IMG/VR virus record: IMGVR_UViG_3300020577_012390
Location: 21,396-85,395 of that record
Strand: one strand, 5' to 3'
Source of the DNA: a virus
Taxonomy: Duplodnaviria; Caudoviricetes
Length of the DNA stretch: 64,000 nucleotides
Shown piece by piece: positions 39,506-49,933 of this stretch. The notes beneath the pieces are model-generated. The model made no database searches. It was not told where the DNA came from and saw only the letters and a program-made list of their open reading frames with translations. Numbering within the stretch: the stretch's first letter is position 1; the number at the start of each line of letters is the position of its first letter. Made by a program: the position numbers and the translations under genes.

Positions 39506-40915
39506 ATGGCCCCCAGAATCCTTCGTCCCGGTAGCAAAGACATCCTGGTTTCCGGTCGTCAGCGCAGGATCGAGATACCGAATGGGGGTTCTTGGGGCCT
39601 GAATAACCTCCCCTCTGGGGTCCTGGTGTTCGCGCACGAACTCAGGACAGCGAACGATATCGGAGGGGTGGCGGACGGAGCCCGGGTTTCCACCTGGACG
39701 GACAGGGGACCGGCGAACGACCCGCTGACTTCCACCCTCACGAATCGACCGATTTACAGGGCGCCATTTTTCAACGGGCGGCCCATCCTCGAATTTGACG
39801 CTGATCTGGAAGATCGATTCATGGTCGGTCTGGTGAACAGGTCGATCACGCATCTGGTTGCGATAGCGAAAGTCAGAAAGCCAAATACGAATCTGGGGAA
39901 CACGACCATCCCCGCTATTTTCGACAACTATCGAGGTCTAGCCGGCCTGAACGGGTACGACGGGGCCGCCCCTTTGGGCCATGCGAGTTTGATTTTGACC
40001 GGGGAAAGCGGCCTTTCTCGGTTTTCCAATATCTATTCGGTGAGCACCTACCGGAAGGACGGGGTGGACGGGTCCCCTTCGGCCATGGATGCGAACGTCG
40101 AACGGATGACCCACCGATACCAGGTGAGCCGGTCCTTGTTCGATGGGTATCCTCTTGTTATTGGCCGAGACAGAAACGTTGCGGGGGCTGCTTTTCGGTG
40201 GCGCGGGTCTGCTCAGGCGTTCTTCGGACTCAACGCGCCTTCAGCGGGGGACCTGGCGAACCTGGAGGCGTACACGGCCTGGTACAGTAGGGGCGACATC
40301 TGTTGCTTCACCGGGGACTCCCTGGCGTTCTCCTACGGGGTGAACGGGAACGAGAGCATAAGCGCGTTGCTGGATGCGGCGTGGAACGGGACAATTGACG
40401 TCCCCAATTACGCTATACCTGGTCAGGGTGTTGGTCACAGCAACTCGGGCGTTTTCACCACGATGATTGCCGATGATCCGGCGAAAATCGGTTCGCTGCC
40501 ACGCGGTCGACCTCACGCGGCTCTATTCATTATCGCCGGAACAAATGACCTGGCGAACGGGGACTCCGCGGCCACCGTCGAGGCGAACATCTGGACCTAC
40601 GTGGATGCCCGCGTGGCGGAAGGGTGGACCGTCTACGTCTGCACCGTCATCGATAGGACGGATGCGGCGGTCTCCGCGGGGCAGGCGGCGTTCGATGCGA
40701 AGAGGGCCACCCTGAACACAGGTCTCCGGACGAACGCGGCGGCTCACCGGGCGACGATCATCGACCTCGCGGCGGACGCTCGGCTGGGGGCGAACGGGGC
40801 GTCCGCCGGCCTTACCTGGTTCCAGTCGGATAAAGTGCATTTGAAGGCGGTGACTTACAGCACGATCATCTACCCCCTGGTCAAGACTGCCGTAGAGACC
40901 CTTTTCGCGGCGTGA
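39506..40915 (+). CDS. LamG/concanavalin-like plus SGNH/GDSL hydrolase
   Basis: FTGDSL, AIPG, AGTND, DKVH catalytic blocks; HELR..W.D..RP N-terminus. Confidence 0.75.
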   Translation: MAPRILRPGSKDILVSGRQRRIEIPNGGSWGLNNLPSGVLVFAHELRTANDIGGVADGARVSTWTDRGPANDPLTSTLTNRPIYRAPFFNGRPILEFDADLEDRFMVGLVNRSITHLVAIAKVRKPNTNLGNTTIPAIFDNYRGLAGLNGYDGAAPLGHASLILTGESGLSRFSNIYSVSTYRKDGVDGSPSAMDANVERMTHRYQVSRSLFDGYPLVIGRDRNVAGAAFRWRGSAQAFFGLNAPSAGDLANLEAYTAWYSRGDICCFTGDSLAFSYGVNGNESISALLDAAWNGTIDVPNYAIPGQGVGHSNSGVFTTMIADDPAKIGSLPRGRPHAALFIIAGTNDLANGDSAATVEANIWTYVDARVAEGWTVYVCTVIDRTDAAVSAGQAAFDAKRATLNTGLRTNAAAHRATIIDLAADARLGANGASAGLTWFQSDKVHLKAVTYSTIIYPLVKTAVETLFAA

Positions 40916-40964
40916 TATGGTGTAGAAGCAGGCCGGACAACAAAGATCGGACGGAGATAAACAA

Positions 40965-43118
40965 GTGCCTCTTTCATTCTTCACGAACGCGGGGAACTCG
41001 TACGGCAGCCAGGTCCCTTTCCAGAGGATCGTAGAACCCGCTCAGCTCGGGATGTTTTTGAATTTGGAGCAGGCGGAACTCCTCCGAATCCAGCGTTATA
41101 ACGAAGGTTGGCGCTTCTATTTCGGTAAACAGTGGCTCTTCAAGAGGGAGGACGGGGAGCCGTTGGTCACGCGGAACTACTTCCGCAAGATCATCGACAA
41201 GTGCGCCGCCTTCCTGGCGGGGAAGGGGTTCAACATCCAGACCCCCGAGGTGCTGGAAGAGATCACCCTGCCGTTCCTGAACGAGGTATGGAAATCAAAC
41301 CGCAAAAAACAGTTCGCGTGGGACGCCGCCCTGATGGGAGGGGTGACCGGAGACGTTTTTGCGCTGGTGACTTTCGAGACCCCGACCCCCATGCAAAGGC
41401 AGATCAACCCCTACACCCAGGGTCAGATCCGCGTGCAGCTCCTCGGGTCGGAGCAGGTCTATCCCACCTGGGACCCCCTCAACGTCCAGAACCTCCTGGC
41501 CGTCCGGATCGAGACCATCTTCTACGCGGACAGGGGTATGCACACCCTCGACCGTGACGACCGGACGAACCACCAGGGGCGGCAGCTCCAGACGAAGAGG
41601 TTCACACAGATTATCACGCCTTCTCAAATCGTTGAGCAGGCCCACGGGGAGATGCCAGTCATCAAACCGAACACCCTGGGGGAAATCCCGCTCGTTCATA
41701 TCGCGAATATGAGCGTGCCAAAAGAGTATTATGGTCTCCCCGATGGTCAGGACCTCATTGATCTCCAGCGCGAGCTGAACGAGAAGAGCACCGACGTCTC
41801 AGACATCATCAACTATCACGCCTCCCCGGTGACCATCATCTTCGGGGCGAAGGCGAAGCAGCTCGAACGCGGACCCCGACAGATTTGGAGCGGCCTCCCC
41901 CCCGACGCGAAGGTCCAGAACCTCGCCCTGGATGGGGACCTGAACGCCTCTGTAGGGTATATCGACTCCGTCAAAAAGACTATGCACGACCTGAGCGACG
42001 TCCCCGCGACGGCGCTGGGTGACGAGTCCCCGATCTCGAACACCTCCGGGGTGGCGCTGCACATGCGGTTCCAACCCCTCGTCGAGCGGACGGAGCGCAA
42101 GAAGGACCAGTACGAACCTGGAATTGAGCAGATCAATTACTTCATCCTGCGCATCGGCGTCGTGATGGGGATGCTCAACATCCCGTTCGACCTCTGCTCG
42201 AACTGCGGGGGGCGGATCGTCGAGATCGACACCGGGAAGATGCGCCGGGTCTGGAATCCGGAAAGTCAACGCTACGATATCGTTCCGATGAAGGCGAAGC
42301 GTTGCTACCATGTGAACAAGGAAACGCTGGAATTTGAAGATCCCGAAAAGATGCGGATCACGTTCTGGCGCCAGTACGGGTTCGGGAAGCAGCTCCGCGA
42401 GGCGCCCCTCGACCAGATCGAGCGCGAACTCAAGGAGGGGAAGCCGTCTTTTTGGGACTACACAGTCATCAAGAAGCAGCTTCAGGAAAAACATCGCGCT
42501 GAAAATCCTCCACCGGAACCGGAGGAGAAGGCGCCCGAGGTCCAGATGGAGGCGGATCTGGCGGAAGCTCGCCGTCCGCCTCCCGAGGAGCCCGAGAAGG
42601 ACTCCGACCTCCCCGAAGAGCTGAAGATCATCCCCATCCCCGAGGAGGAGATCGACTTCCCCGAGGAGCCAGAAGAGGTCGAGATCACGCAGCGGTGGGT
42701 CCACCCCCAGACTCAGCAGCTTCTCGAAGAGGAGAAGATGGTCCGGATGCTGGTCCCTACGGGTTGTAACCGGCCTCAATATCTCAACCCGTACGATACC
42801 AAGGTCGAGTTCCCTGACCCGCTGCCCAAGGATGAGGCGCTGCGGGCGACCCTCTATGAGCAGTACCAGCGGAACCAGTGGGTCGACCCCGAGTGGTGCC
42901 AGGATCGGATACCGGAAATCGCGGTCGATAAAACCGCTATCCAGCGGAGGATCAAGAAGAACGGGGCTCCCCCGGGTACCGCTCCGGGGGCGAAAGAGGA
43001 AGATCCCTCGGCGGGGAAGCGGCAGGCGAACGTCATGGGTGCGGACGCGGGACCGAGGATGCAGAATAAGGTTCCCGGGAAGGGTGGTAACCCCGTCAAG
43101 CCGGGCAAGGAGGCGTGA
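40965..43118 (+). CDS. portal protein (SPP1-like) with internal insertion
   Basis: NYFRKIID..FL.GKGF, G.VTGDVF, PLVHI.N..YG.PD, SNTSGVAL; GTG start. Confidence 0.85.
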   Translation: MPLSFFTNAGNSYGSQVPFQRIVEPAQLGMFLNLEQAELLRIQRYNEGWRFYFGKQWLFKREDGEPLVTRNYFRKIIDKCAAFLAGKGFNIQTPEVLEEITLPFLNEVWKSNRKKQFAWDAALMGGVTGDVFALVTFETPTPMQRQINPYTQGQIRVQLLGSEQVYPTWDPLNVQNLLAVRIETIFYADRGMHTLDRDDRTNHQGRQLQTKRFTQIITPSQIVEQAHGEMPVIKPNTLGEIPLVHIANMSVPKEYYGLPDGQDLIDLQRELNEKSTDVSDIINYHASPVTIIFGAKAKQLERGPRQIWSGLPPDAKVQNLALDGDLNASVGYIDSVKKTMHDLSDVPATALGDESPISNTSGVALHMRFQPLVERTERKKDQYEPGIEQINYFILRIGVVMGMLNIPFDLCSNCGGRIVEIDTGKMRRVWNPESQRYDIVPMKAKRCYHVNKETLEFEDPEKMRITFWRQYGFGKQLREAPLDQIERELKEGKPSFWDYTVIKKQLQEKHRAENPPPEPEEKAPEVQMEADLAEARRPPPEEPEKDSDLPEELKIIPIPEEEIDFPEEPEEVEITQRWVHPQTQQLLEEEKMVRMLVPTGCNRPQYLNPYDTKVEFPDPLPKDEALRATLYEQYQRNQWVDPEWCQDRIPEIAVDKTAIQRRIKKNGAPPGTAPGAKEEDPSAGKRQANVMGADAGPRMQNKVPGKGGNPVKPGKEA

Positions 43119-43507
43119 TGTTCATCCCCAGCCAGTACGTCCCGAGTATGGTTTCTCGAAAGCTGACTTACGACAGCGAAGGTCGGCTGCGGGTCGAAGA
43201 CCGGGTGAACCAGGGGAAGTGGCCCGCCGGGATGGCGGACGCGAACTCGATGTACCCCACGGACGCCGAGAGGTTCGACGCGATTGCGCCGCATATCAAG
43301 AAGAACAAGGAGAAGGACGCGCCCCGGAGGAACTACGTCATCCAGCCGGGCGGAAACATCGTGTATTTCGACGGCGACAAAAACCTTTACGAGGCCATTT
43401 ACGGGACCCCGTCGACCGCTCATATCCCCCAGGAGAAGGACTCCTTCGGGAAGGCCCTGAGCGAGCGGGTTCCCATGGCGACGGCCAGGTCCACCGGAGA
43501 AAGGTTA
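43118..43507 (+). CDS. hypothetical protein; ends at TTA
   Basis: TGATG start, TTATG end. Confidence 0.55.
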
Positions 43508-43710
43508 TGTTGAACTACCCCAAGGCCAAAACCCCGGACGTGCAGAACAGTAAATCGGGGCTGGATATCCCTGAACCTTCTACTCCGGCACAAGGGAGGG
43601 AGACTCGAAGGGCGTACGCTCTGACCCACGAAGGGGTGGCTGCTACGGGGAAACTCATCTACCTTGATGGCGAGCCTTTCCGGTGGCGTTGTCGTCACGA
43701 TGGAGTCTGA
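43507..43710 (+). CDS. hypothetical protein
   Basis: Starts in TTATG overlap. Confidence 0.4.
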   Translation: MLNYPKAKTPDVQNSKSGLDIPEPSTPAQGRETRRAYALTHEGVAATGKLIYLDGEPFRWRCRHDGV

Positions 43711-43712
43711 AA

Positions 43713-43913
43713 ATGGCGCGGCCAAAAAAGTACGCTGACGGGGTAGACAACGGCACGGGTGACGAGGACGGCGACCGGAACGAAGACGGTTACGAGTCCT
43801 GTTGCCGGCAGGGGTACGGGGGCGTCATCGTCCGTTCCTTCGGGAACGGCTACCAGGAAACTCTCCCGGCTCAGCCGGGGAAACTCCGCGGGCAGGAAAC
43901 CCGTTCGCGGTAA
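43713..43913 (+). CDS. hypothetical protein
   Basis: GGAG RBS. Confidence 0.4.
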   Translation: MARPKKYADGVDNGTGDEDGDRNEDGYESCCRQGYGGVIVRSFGNGYQETLPAQPGKLRGQETRSR

Positions 43914-43931
43914 ATCAGAAGGAGAAAAACC

Positions 43932-44231
43932 ATGAACAGCAATTACGCGGGTCCTCTGGGCCCGGCTCAGTATGGTCCGATGGGCGTGGGCAACGCGAGC
44001 GAGAACTTCCGCGAGGCCACCATGGGCGGGAAGGGGATCGGCCCCATCGGCGGCGACCGGAGCCAGGGCGAGACCCCCGGTGTCGGCGCGGTCTACGGCG
44101 CGACCCTCAACGAGCGCCCCAACCTGTCGAACCCCCGCAACCAGGGTCCCACCCGGGCCCCCTCCGCGAGCGGCGCCTCCTCGATCCCCGTCGTCTCGAC
44201 GTCGGCGCGGTCCACCGGCCGCGTCCGTTTA
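43932..44231 (+). CDS. Gly/Pro-rich small protein; ends at TTA
   Basis: AAGGAG RBS; very GC3-rich until TTA. Confidence 0.5.
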
Positions 44232-44284
44232 GCGGATATCGGCGCTAGAAAAAACTCAGACAAGAAAGACACGAGACAAAAGCT

Positions 44285-45421
44285 ATGGACCCCATCACGC
44301 GAATCCGGAACCTGCTCCAGAACCCCGCCCTCACCCCCGAGACCCGTGCGGAGCTGGAGGCGACCCTGAACCACCTCCTTGCGACGAAAGCCCAGGCGGA
44401 CGCGGCGGCGGAGCAGGCGCGCGTCCAGGCCCTCCAACCGGGGGACCGGGCGATCCAGCAGGGTTTCACCGAGCTTCGGTCGTCGATGACCACCGAAATC
44501 CAGTCGTTGAATAACGCCTGGTCCGCGAAGTTCGCGGCGTCGGAGGCGGCCCGGAAGAAGGAGATGCTCGATGCGTACCGCGTCAGCGCGCTCCGGGCGG
44601 CGGGCGACGAACTCATCCTGGAGATGGTGGCTTCGGGTCCCGAGATCGCGGATATCGACGCTTCAATTGCGGCGTCGAAGGCGAAGTACAAGGAGATCCA
44701 GGCGAGGGTGGCACCACCCCCTCCCCCGGCACCTCCCACCCCTGCGGCTCCGCCCCCTCCCCCGGCGGTGGTCCAGCAGCAGTTCGGTCCCACGGGTCAA
44801 CCGATCAACCCCCAGGCGGCGGCTGGCTTCCCCCAGGCGACGAACCCCGCGCCGGTTTACAACGACCCGAATAACGGTACCGGGTTCCAGGCCCCCGAGG
44901 TCTTCCAGCAGATGACCACCGAGGAGGCCGTCCGGTCGGGGGCGTACGGGAAGGTGCGGCAGGACACCATCAACCGTCTCCGCGGGGTGACGACGATGGG
45001 CGGTGCTCCCCTGGGGACGGCCCCCCGGTACATCACCCACCCGTCCCAGCATGTCCAACTCCCGGGCGGGGTCTCCCATCCGGCGACCCAGCCGATGAAC
45101 CCGGGGAACCCTCAACCCTCGGTTCAGCAGCAACAGGTTTATCAGGCCCCCCAAAACGTCCAGGCCGCCCCTCCCCCGGCGGCGCCTCCTCCCCAACCCC
45201 AGAACCCTCCCCCGGCGGGCGCGAACGGTTACCCGGCCGCCCCTGACGCGGCGGCGGCGATGGCAGCGGTGGCGAGGACCCACGCGAACGCGAACCCCGT
45301 GGCCGGCCAAAACCCGGGGGGAGCGGCGGCGGCGGCGGACGCGGCACGTCTCGCGGCGGCGGGGGTCAACCCCCAGGCCGCCTACAATCAGCGGTTCACC
45401 CACACCCCGCCCGTCTCCTGA
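44285..45421 (+). CDS. capsid scaffolding protein (putative)
   Basis: Coiled-coil N-terminus, P/A/Q-rich C-terminus, directly upstream of MCP. Confidence 0.6.
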   Translation: MDPITRIRNLLQNPALTPETRAELEATLNHLLATKAQADAAAEQARVQALQPGDRAIQQGFTELRSSMTTEIQSLNNAWSAKFAASEAARKKEMLDAYRVSALRAAGDELILEMVASGPEIADIDASIAASKAKYKEIQARVAPPPPPAPPTPAAPPPPPAVVQQQFGPTGQPINPQAAAGFPQATNPAPVYNDPNNGTGFQAPEVFQQMTTEEAVRSGAYGKVRQDTINRLRGVTTMGGAPLGTAPRYITHPSQHVQLPGGVSHPATQPMNPGNPQPSVQQQQVYQAPQNVQAAPPPAAPPPQPQNPPPAGANGYPAAPDAAAAMAAVARTHANANPVAGQNPGGAAAAADAARLAAAGVNPQAAYNQRFTHTPPVS

Positions 45422-45455
45422 CGCGGCGGTGAAAATCAAGTAGGAGAAAAACATC

Positions 45456-46439
45456 ATGAGCAGCGTTCTCAATGCGGCAGTCCAGACGGGTGGTGGTTTC
45501 CAGCAGCAGGCGATGGCCGTTCGAGACGTGTTCTCGGCGGAAATCTGGTTCGCCGCCCTCCCCGTGATGAAGTTCGACTTCTTCAGCACGAAGAAGACCG
45601 AGCTGGGCGTCCAGGCGGGTCGGACGATCAACATGCCGAAGTACGGCAACATCAAGCGCGGCGGGCGTCTCACCGAGGGCGTCCGCCTCCGGACCCGCGG
45701 GATGTCGATGTCGAACGCCAGCGTCACCGTCTACGAGAACGGGAACGCGCTCGCCTTCACCGAGTATCTGCTCCAGACCGCGTTCTACGACCAGCTCTCG
45801 GCGGCGAGCCTGCTCCTCGGTCGCGACATGGCGTTGGTCCTCGACGCCCAGATCCGCGACACCATCCTCCTCGGCACCTCGACGGTTTTTGGCGGTTCCA
45901 AATCCGCCCGCTCGACCCTGACCGCGAGCGACAAGTTCGACACCCGCGCCATCAAGGACGCGGTCGAGCTGCTGGAGACCTACAACGCGCCGAAGTGGGG
46001 CGGAGACCACTACATCTGCTTCCTCCACCCCCACCAGGCGCGCGGCCTCCGCGACGACAACGACTGGCAGCAGGCGTCGCTGTACTCGGGCGCGACCCAG
46101 ATTTATACAGGGGAAATTGGCCGCTACGAGGACGTCCGGTTCGTCTCGACGACCGTGATGCCCAACGGGTACAACAACGCCGTCGACCCCGACACCGGGG
46201 ACTACGTGGACGTCGGCTACAACGCGAACCTCCGCACCGGGGTCAGCGGGAACCAGGTCAACGTTTATCAGGCCGTGATGTTCGGGGAGTATTCTTGCGC
46301 CCACGCGACCGCGCTCCCCGTCGAGCTGCGCGACTCGGGCGTGGAAGACTTTGGCCGGGAACACGGCCTGGCCTGGTACTCCATCTGGGGCTCCAACATC
46401 CTGGAGAACCAGAACATCGTCGTCATCGAGACGGCCTGA
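45456..46439 (+). CDS. major capsid protein, N4-gp56 family
   Basis: FSAEIWF.ALP..KF..F..KKTELGV..G.TIN; FLHPHQAR.LRDD.DW; GEIGRYE.VRF; DFGREH.LAWY. Confidence 0.9.
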   Translation: MSSVLNAAVQTGGGFQQQAMAVRDVFSAEIWFAALPVMKFDFFSTKKTELGVQAGRTINMPKYGNIKRGGRLTEGVRLRTRGMSMSNASVTVYENGNALAFTEYLLQTAFYDQLSAASLLLGRDMALVLDAQIRDTILLGTSTVFGGSKSARSTLTASDKFDTRAIKDAVELLETYNAPKWGGDHYICFLHPHQARGLRDDNDWQQASLYSGATQIYTGEIGRYEDVRFVSTTVMPNGYNNAVDPDTGDYVDVGYNANLRTGVSGNQVNVYQAVMFGEYSCAHATALPVELRDSGVEDFGREHGLAWYSIWGSNILENQNIVVIETA

Positions 46440-46511
46440 TCCACCCACCTGCGACGAGTCTGCCCGATGGATAATCGGGCTCTGAAAAACCACTAAGAAA
46501 GAGAAGAGAAA

Positions 46512-46826
46512 ATGGCCGCAACGACTTCGACCGGCAAGTACCACCCGAAGGGGTACAACGATGGCAACCACTTCTTCGTCGAGGCGAACGTGGACACCGC
46601 CCTCGCGAACACCGACACCCTGGACGTCGTGCTCCCCGAGGGCGTGGACGACGACTGCCTCCCGGTGTCCCTGACCATCTGGGGGCCCGTCAGCGGGACC
46701 ACCCGGACCATCGACACCGACGCCGCCCTGACGTCCCACGACAGCAGCACCCGGAAGACCCGCCTGACCGCGACCGGCGCGGTCGCCCAGAACTCGACGG
46801 TCATCATCGAGTACCTCAGCCGCTTA
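46512..46826 (+). CDS. putative head decoration protein; ends at TTA
   Basis: Directly after MCP, Thr-rich. Confidence 0.5.
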
Positions 46827-46871
46827 TCGGGCGGCGAATAACAGCAAAAAGACAAGAAAGACCACAAGACA

Positions 46872-47210
46872 ATGAGCCAGTCAGGAACGAGCGTCACGGT
46901 CAGCACCTTCGAGAAGGCCCCCAAGGCGAAGGTCCCCGGGGGTTTCCAGTCCACGGAGGCGGAGAAGAGGGCGGCGGAGCCGAAGCGGAACCCGAACGCC
47001 GACGACACCGAAAGCGCGGAGATCGGGGGAGGGTCTTCGGAGCCGGTTCCCGTCAAGGTCGAGGACCTGAGCCGCCGCGTCAGCGTCACCCCGCGACAGA
47101 GCATCCCCCGGACCTCCATCGGCGGGGTGACCTACTCGTTCACCGCCGGGAAGAAGGTCACCGTCCCCCTCCACGTCGCGCAGCTCCTCGACGAAAAGGG
47201 CGTGCTGTGA
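46872..47210 (+). CDS. head-associated hypothetical protein
   Basis: Y.F..G..V.VP..VA..L.EKG motif. Confidence 0.45.
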   Translation: MSQSGTSVTVSTFEKAPKAKVPGGFQSTEAEKRAAEPKRNPNADDTESAEIGGGSSEPVPVKVEDLSRRVSVTPRQSIPRTSIGGVTYSFTAGKKVTVPLHVAQLLDEKGVL

Positions 47211-48628
47211 AAACCACCCTCCTCGATCAATTCAGGCGCCGAATTCACGACGTCCGGTATTCGAGGAGGGCGTTCGGCCTTTCCGTGAACGATCCGGGGA
47301 CGGGGTCCCCAAACGCCCTCGCGGAGATCACCTCCGGGCGCCTGATCGTCACCGTGATGGGCATCGCTGGCGTCCCCAGCGTGGATATCGATCTTAGCAA
47401 TCCCAATTTCGATACGGTCGCGAAGCTCCGGTCCCATCTGGACCGGACCAACGGGTACCGCTGCTCCCCGGACGAGGACATCTATGGGGAGCACCCTTCT
47501 CTGGATTTGGAGCCTTTTGGACCCACCCCCATCGTGGGTACTGGTATTGATTTCAAGCACCGGAATTTCAGTGATTTGGAGCTTCAGGAGATCCTGACCA
47601 CCGCGGTCAGGCGCCACAACCCTTCCCTGGTCGTCCAGAACCTTCCCCCGGGGGAAGAGCCCTTCGTGATGGCGCTGGCCCATGCGGAGGTCTGTCGGGT
47701 GATGGCGTACGACGCCTCGAAGAGGAAGGGGACCGAGGCGACGGTCGAGTCCCTGATTGCCCTCGCGGACTCGATGGAGGGCTCCTATCGGGAGGACGTC
47801 AAACGGATTATGAAGGCCCTGACTCCCGCGAAGGAGTCAGACCCCGCCACCATGCGGGAAGGCGACGTAATTTCGGGAATGTCATTTCGGGCAAGCCCTA
47901 GGACCGGGTTCCGGTCACCCCTTAGCCAGAACACCCCTCCCGACCCGGCGGTCCTTTTCAACCCCGGCCAACTGGATATTGAAGACGACAATATCCGTGT
48001 GAACTGGCAGCGGAACCGGACCCCGGACTTCTACGCCTATGAACTCTGGATGGACACCCGGCCGGAGGTTCAGCGGGCGAAGGAGGGCCAGGTGTTCGTG
48101 TCCACCCCGTTCAGCGACAAGAACGAGGCCAGGAAGACGACCTCGAAGATGATCTTCCGCTCTTTTGGCGGAAATTCAAACTTCGATTTGGCTCAATTCG
48201 CGACCTTCGTGGAGCAGCTCGGACAAGGGATTGTCTCCTTCGTTATCGGAAGTCTGGAGCCTGAATTCGAGTATTTCTTCCGGCTCTACGTGATGGACCT
48301 GAACTACGAAGGGGTCTCGTCGCAGGTCGTGAGCGCGAGGACCAAGCCCCTCCGGGTGAAGTTCAACAAGATCGATTGGGCCTCGACGACCTGGGGACCG
48401 GCGGGGACCTCGGTGGTGCTCAAGTTCGATTCCCGGTACGGGGTCTTCACGAGCGGGCACAAGATCGAGATCGGTGGTAAACCTGTGACCCCATCGGCTT
48501 TCTCGGACTACCAGGCGACGATCACCATCCCCAGCTTCTTCCAATTGAATGACTCGAAAAACGTTACGGTGACTAGCCCGAACGGGTTGATCGACACGAA
48601 GCTGGAGGGTTTCAAGGTCACGACATGA
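47207..48628 (+). CDS. head-tail adaptor-like protein with FN3 and IPT/TIG-like domains
   Basis: VNWQRN..FYAYEL..LEPEFEYFFRL FN3 pattern; GPAGTSV..G..V C-terminus. Confidence 0.5.
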   Translation: MKTTLLDQFRRRIHDVRYSRRAFGLSVNDPGTGSPNALAEITSGRLIVTVMGIAGVPSVDIDLSNPNFDTVAKLRSHLDRTNGYRCSPDEDIYGEHPSLDLEPFGPTPIVGTGIDFKHRNFSDLELQEILTTAVRRHNPSLVVQNLPPGEEPFVMALAHAEVCRVMAYDASKRKGTEATVESLIALADSMEGSYREDVKRIMKALTPAKESDPATMREGDVISGMSFRASPRTGFRSPLSQNTPPDPAVLFNPGQLDIEDDNIRVNWQRNRTPDFYAYELWMDTRPEVQRAKEGQVFVSTPFSDKNEARKTTSKMIFRSFGGNSNFDLAQFATFVEQLGQGIVSFVIGSLEPEFEYFFRLYVMDLNYEGVSSQVVSARTKPLRVKFNKIDWASTTWGPAGTSVVLKFDSRYGVFTSGHKIEIGGKPVTPSAFSDYQATITIPSFFQLNDSKNVTVTSPNGLIDTKLEGFKVTT

Positions 48629-49056
48629 AACCGACGTTCCGCATCCTCAACAACGGGGCCCATGTCCGGGTCCAGAAGTTCATCAAAGGCTTCCCTGAAG
48701 CCTCTACGGGTGCGGCGCGTGTCCTGGGTGAAGCGTTTTTGAAGACGCTAAAATCGTCTATCGAGACTCAATCCCTGGGTCTTGCTCCTCTGAGCGAGTC
48801 CTGGACCCGCACCAAGGCGGCGCGAGGTCTGGACCCACGGATTTTGATGGCCACAAAAGAGTATATCTCTTCGATGGTCCTGACCCCTGTAGGCCAGGGT
48901 AAGTTCGCGGTCGAAGCGGACGGGGAGCGGTTCAAGCTCCTGGAGTACGGAACCCGGTCGATGCCTGCCCGACCCCACTTCAGGCCGGCTGTGAAGGCGG
49001 CGAGGGCGGCGAAACCCCAGGCTATCGAGGTGTTCCGTGATCTTCTTGGCCGTTGA
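48625..49056 (+). CDS. neck/tail-completion protein (HK97 gp10-like)
   Basis: LEYGTRSMPARPHFRPA. Confidence 0.7.
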   Translation: MKPTFRILNNGAHVRVQKFIKGFPEASTGAARVLGEAFLKTLKSSIETQSLGLAPLSESWTRTKAARGLDPRILMATKEYISSMVLTPVGQGKFAVEADGERFKLLEYGTRSMPARPHFRPAVKAARAAKPQAIEVFRDLLGR

Positions 49057-49933
49057 ATGGGCGATCTATAAGCGGTTGACCGGCTGGCCTGTTGACTCCA
49101 AGGGAAGGCCGCAGGTCGGAGCGGATAATAAGCCGCTGAATTCCCTTATCATCGGACCCCCGGAAACGGGGCGCAAGCCGTCGTATGGGGTGCGGATTCC
49201 CCAACTGAAGGCGCCGTATGACCTCTCCCATCCCTTGACCAGCAAGACCCCGGACGCGATCCGGCTCTTCGAGAAGGGGGCGGAATCCCAGGGATTCCGC
49301 AACATCCCGGTCTTTTTTGAGGGAATTGACGGCCGGAGTTACGAAGACATCTGGCCCTGCGTCACCTTCCGCTGCTCGGGGTTCGACCAGAACGAGGCCA
49401 CCTTCGTCTACTTCGACCCGTTCGAGGACGGATCGGGGGACGACGCCGATATCTTGAACCAGAACGGGGAGGTCGTGCAGAGCGGGAAGAGCGAGGTCAC
49501 CGTCCGGAAGCATCCGGAAAGTTGGGACCTTGAATATACGATTACCTGCTACGCGAAGACCCCTCACGAGATCGGTCTCGTTATTGAGAGCCTGATTTAC
49601 CTCTTCCCTCAGAGGGGTGTCCTCGAAGTCGAGCAGATGGATGGGTCGGTCCTTGCGCTCGACATGATCCTCCAAAGGGTCCAGGACGTCGGCGCGAGGG
49701 CGGGTTCCTTGGCCCTTCAGATCGAGAAGGACCAGAGCGAGTATTATGGCCGGGCCTTCACGTATAAGGTCGAGGGTTATTTCGATAACACGGCCAACAA
49801 GTTCGGGGTGTCGGACACGTACAGCGTCCCGGCCATCCTCAAGAGAATCGTAGAGCTTTCCGAAACTCAGGAGAGCCTGGCGAAACCTACGGATTATAAC
49901 CTGCTCGAACTTGAGCAGATAACAGGAGAATGA
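49037..49933 (+). CDS. tail terminator-like protein
   Basis: Upstream of sheath; WPCVT..W.L.Y.I motifs. Confidence 0.5.
   Translation: MIFLAVEWAIYKRLTGWPVDSKGRPQVGADNKPLNSLIIGPPETGRKPSYGVRIPQLKAPYDLSHPLTSKTPDAIRLFEKGAESQGFRNIPVFFEGIDGRSYEDIWPCVTFRCSGFDQNEATFVYFDPFEDGSGDDADILNQNGEVVQSGKSEVTVRKHPESWDLEYTITCYAKTPHEIGLVIESLIYLFPQRGVLEVEQMDGSVLALDMILQRVQDVGARAGSLALQIEKDQSEYYGRAFTYKVEGYFDNTANKFGVSDTYSVPAILKRIVELSETQESLAKPTDYNLLELEQITGE

Noticed and set aside
42190-42800. Intein in the portal
   Set aside because: No N-terminal C/S block, no HN-C/S/T end, no LAGLIDADG motifs
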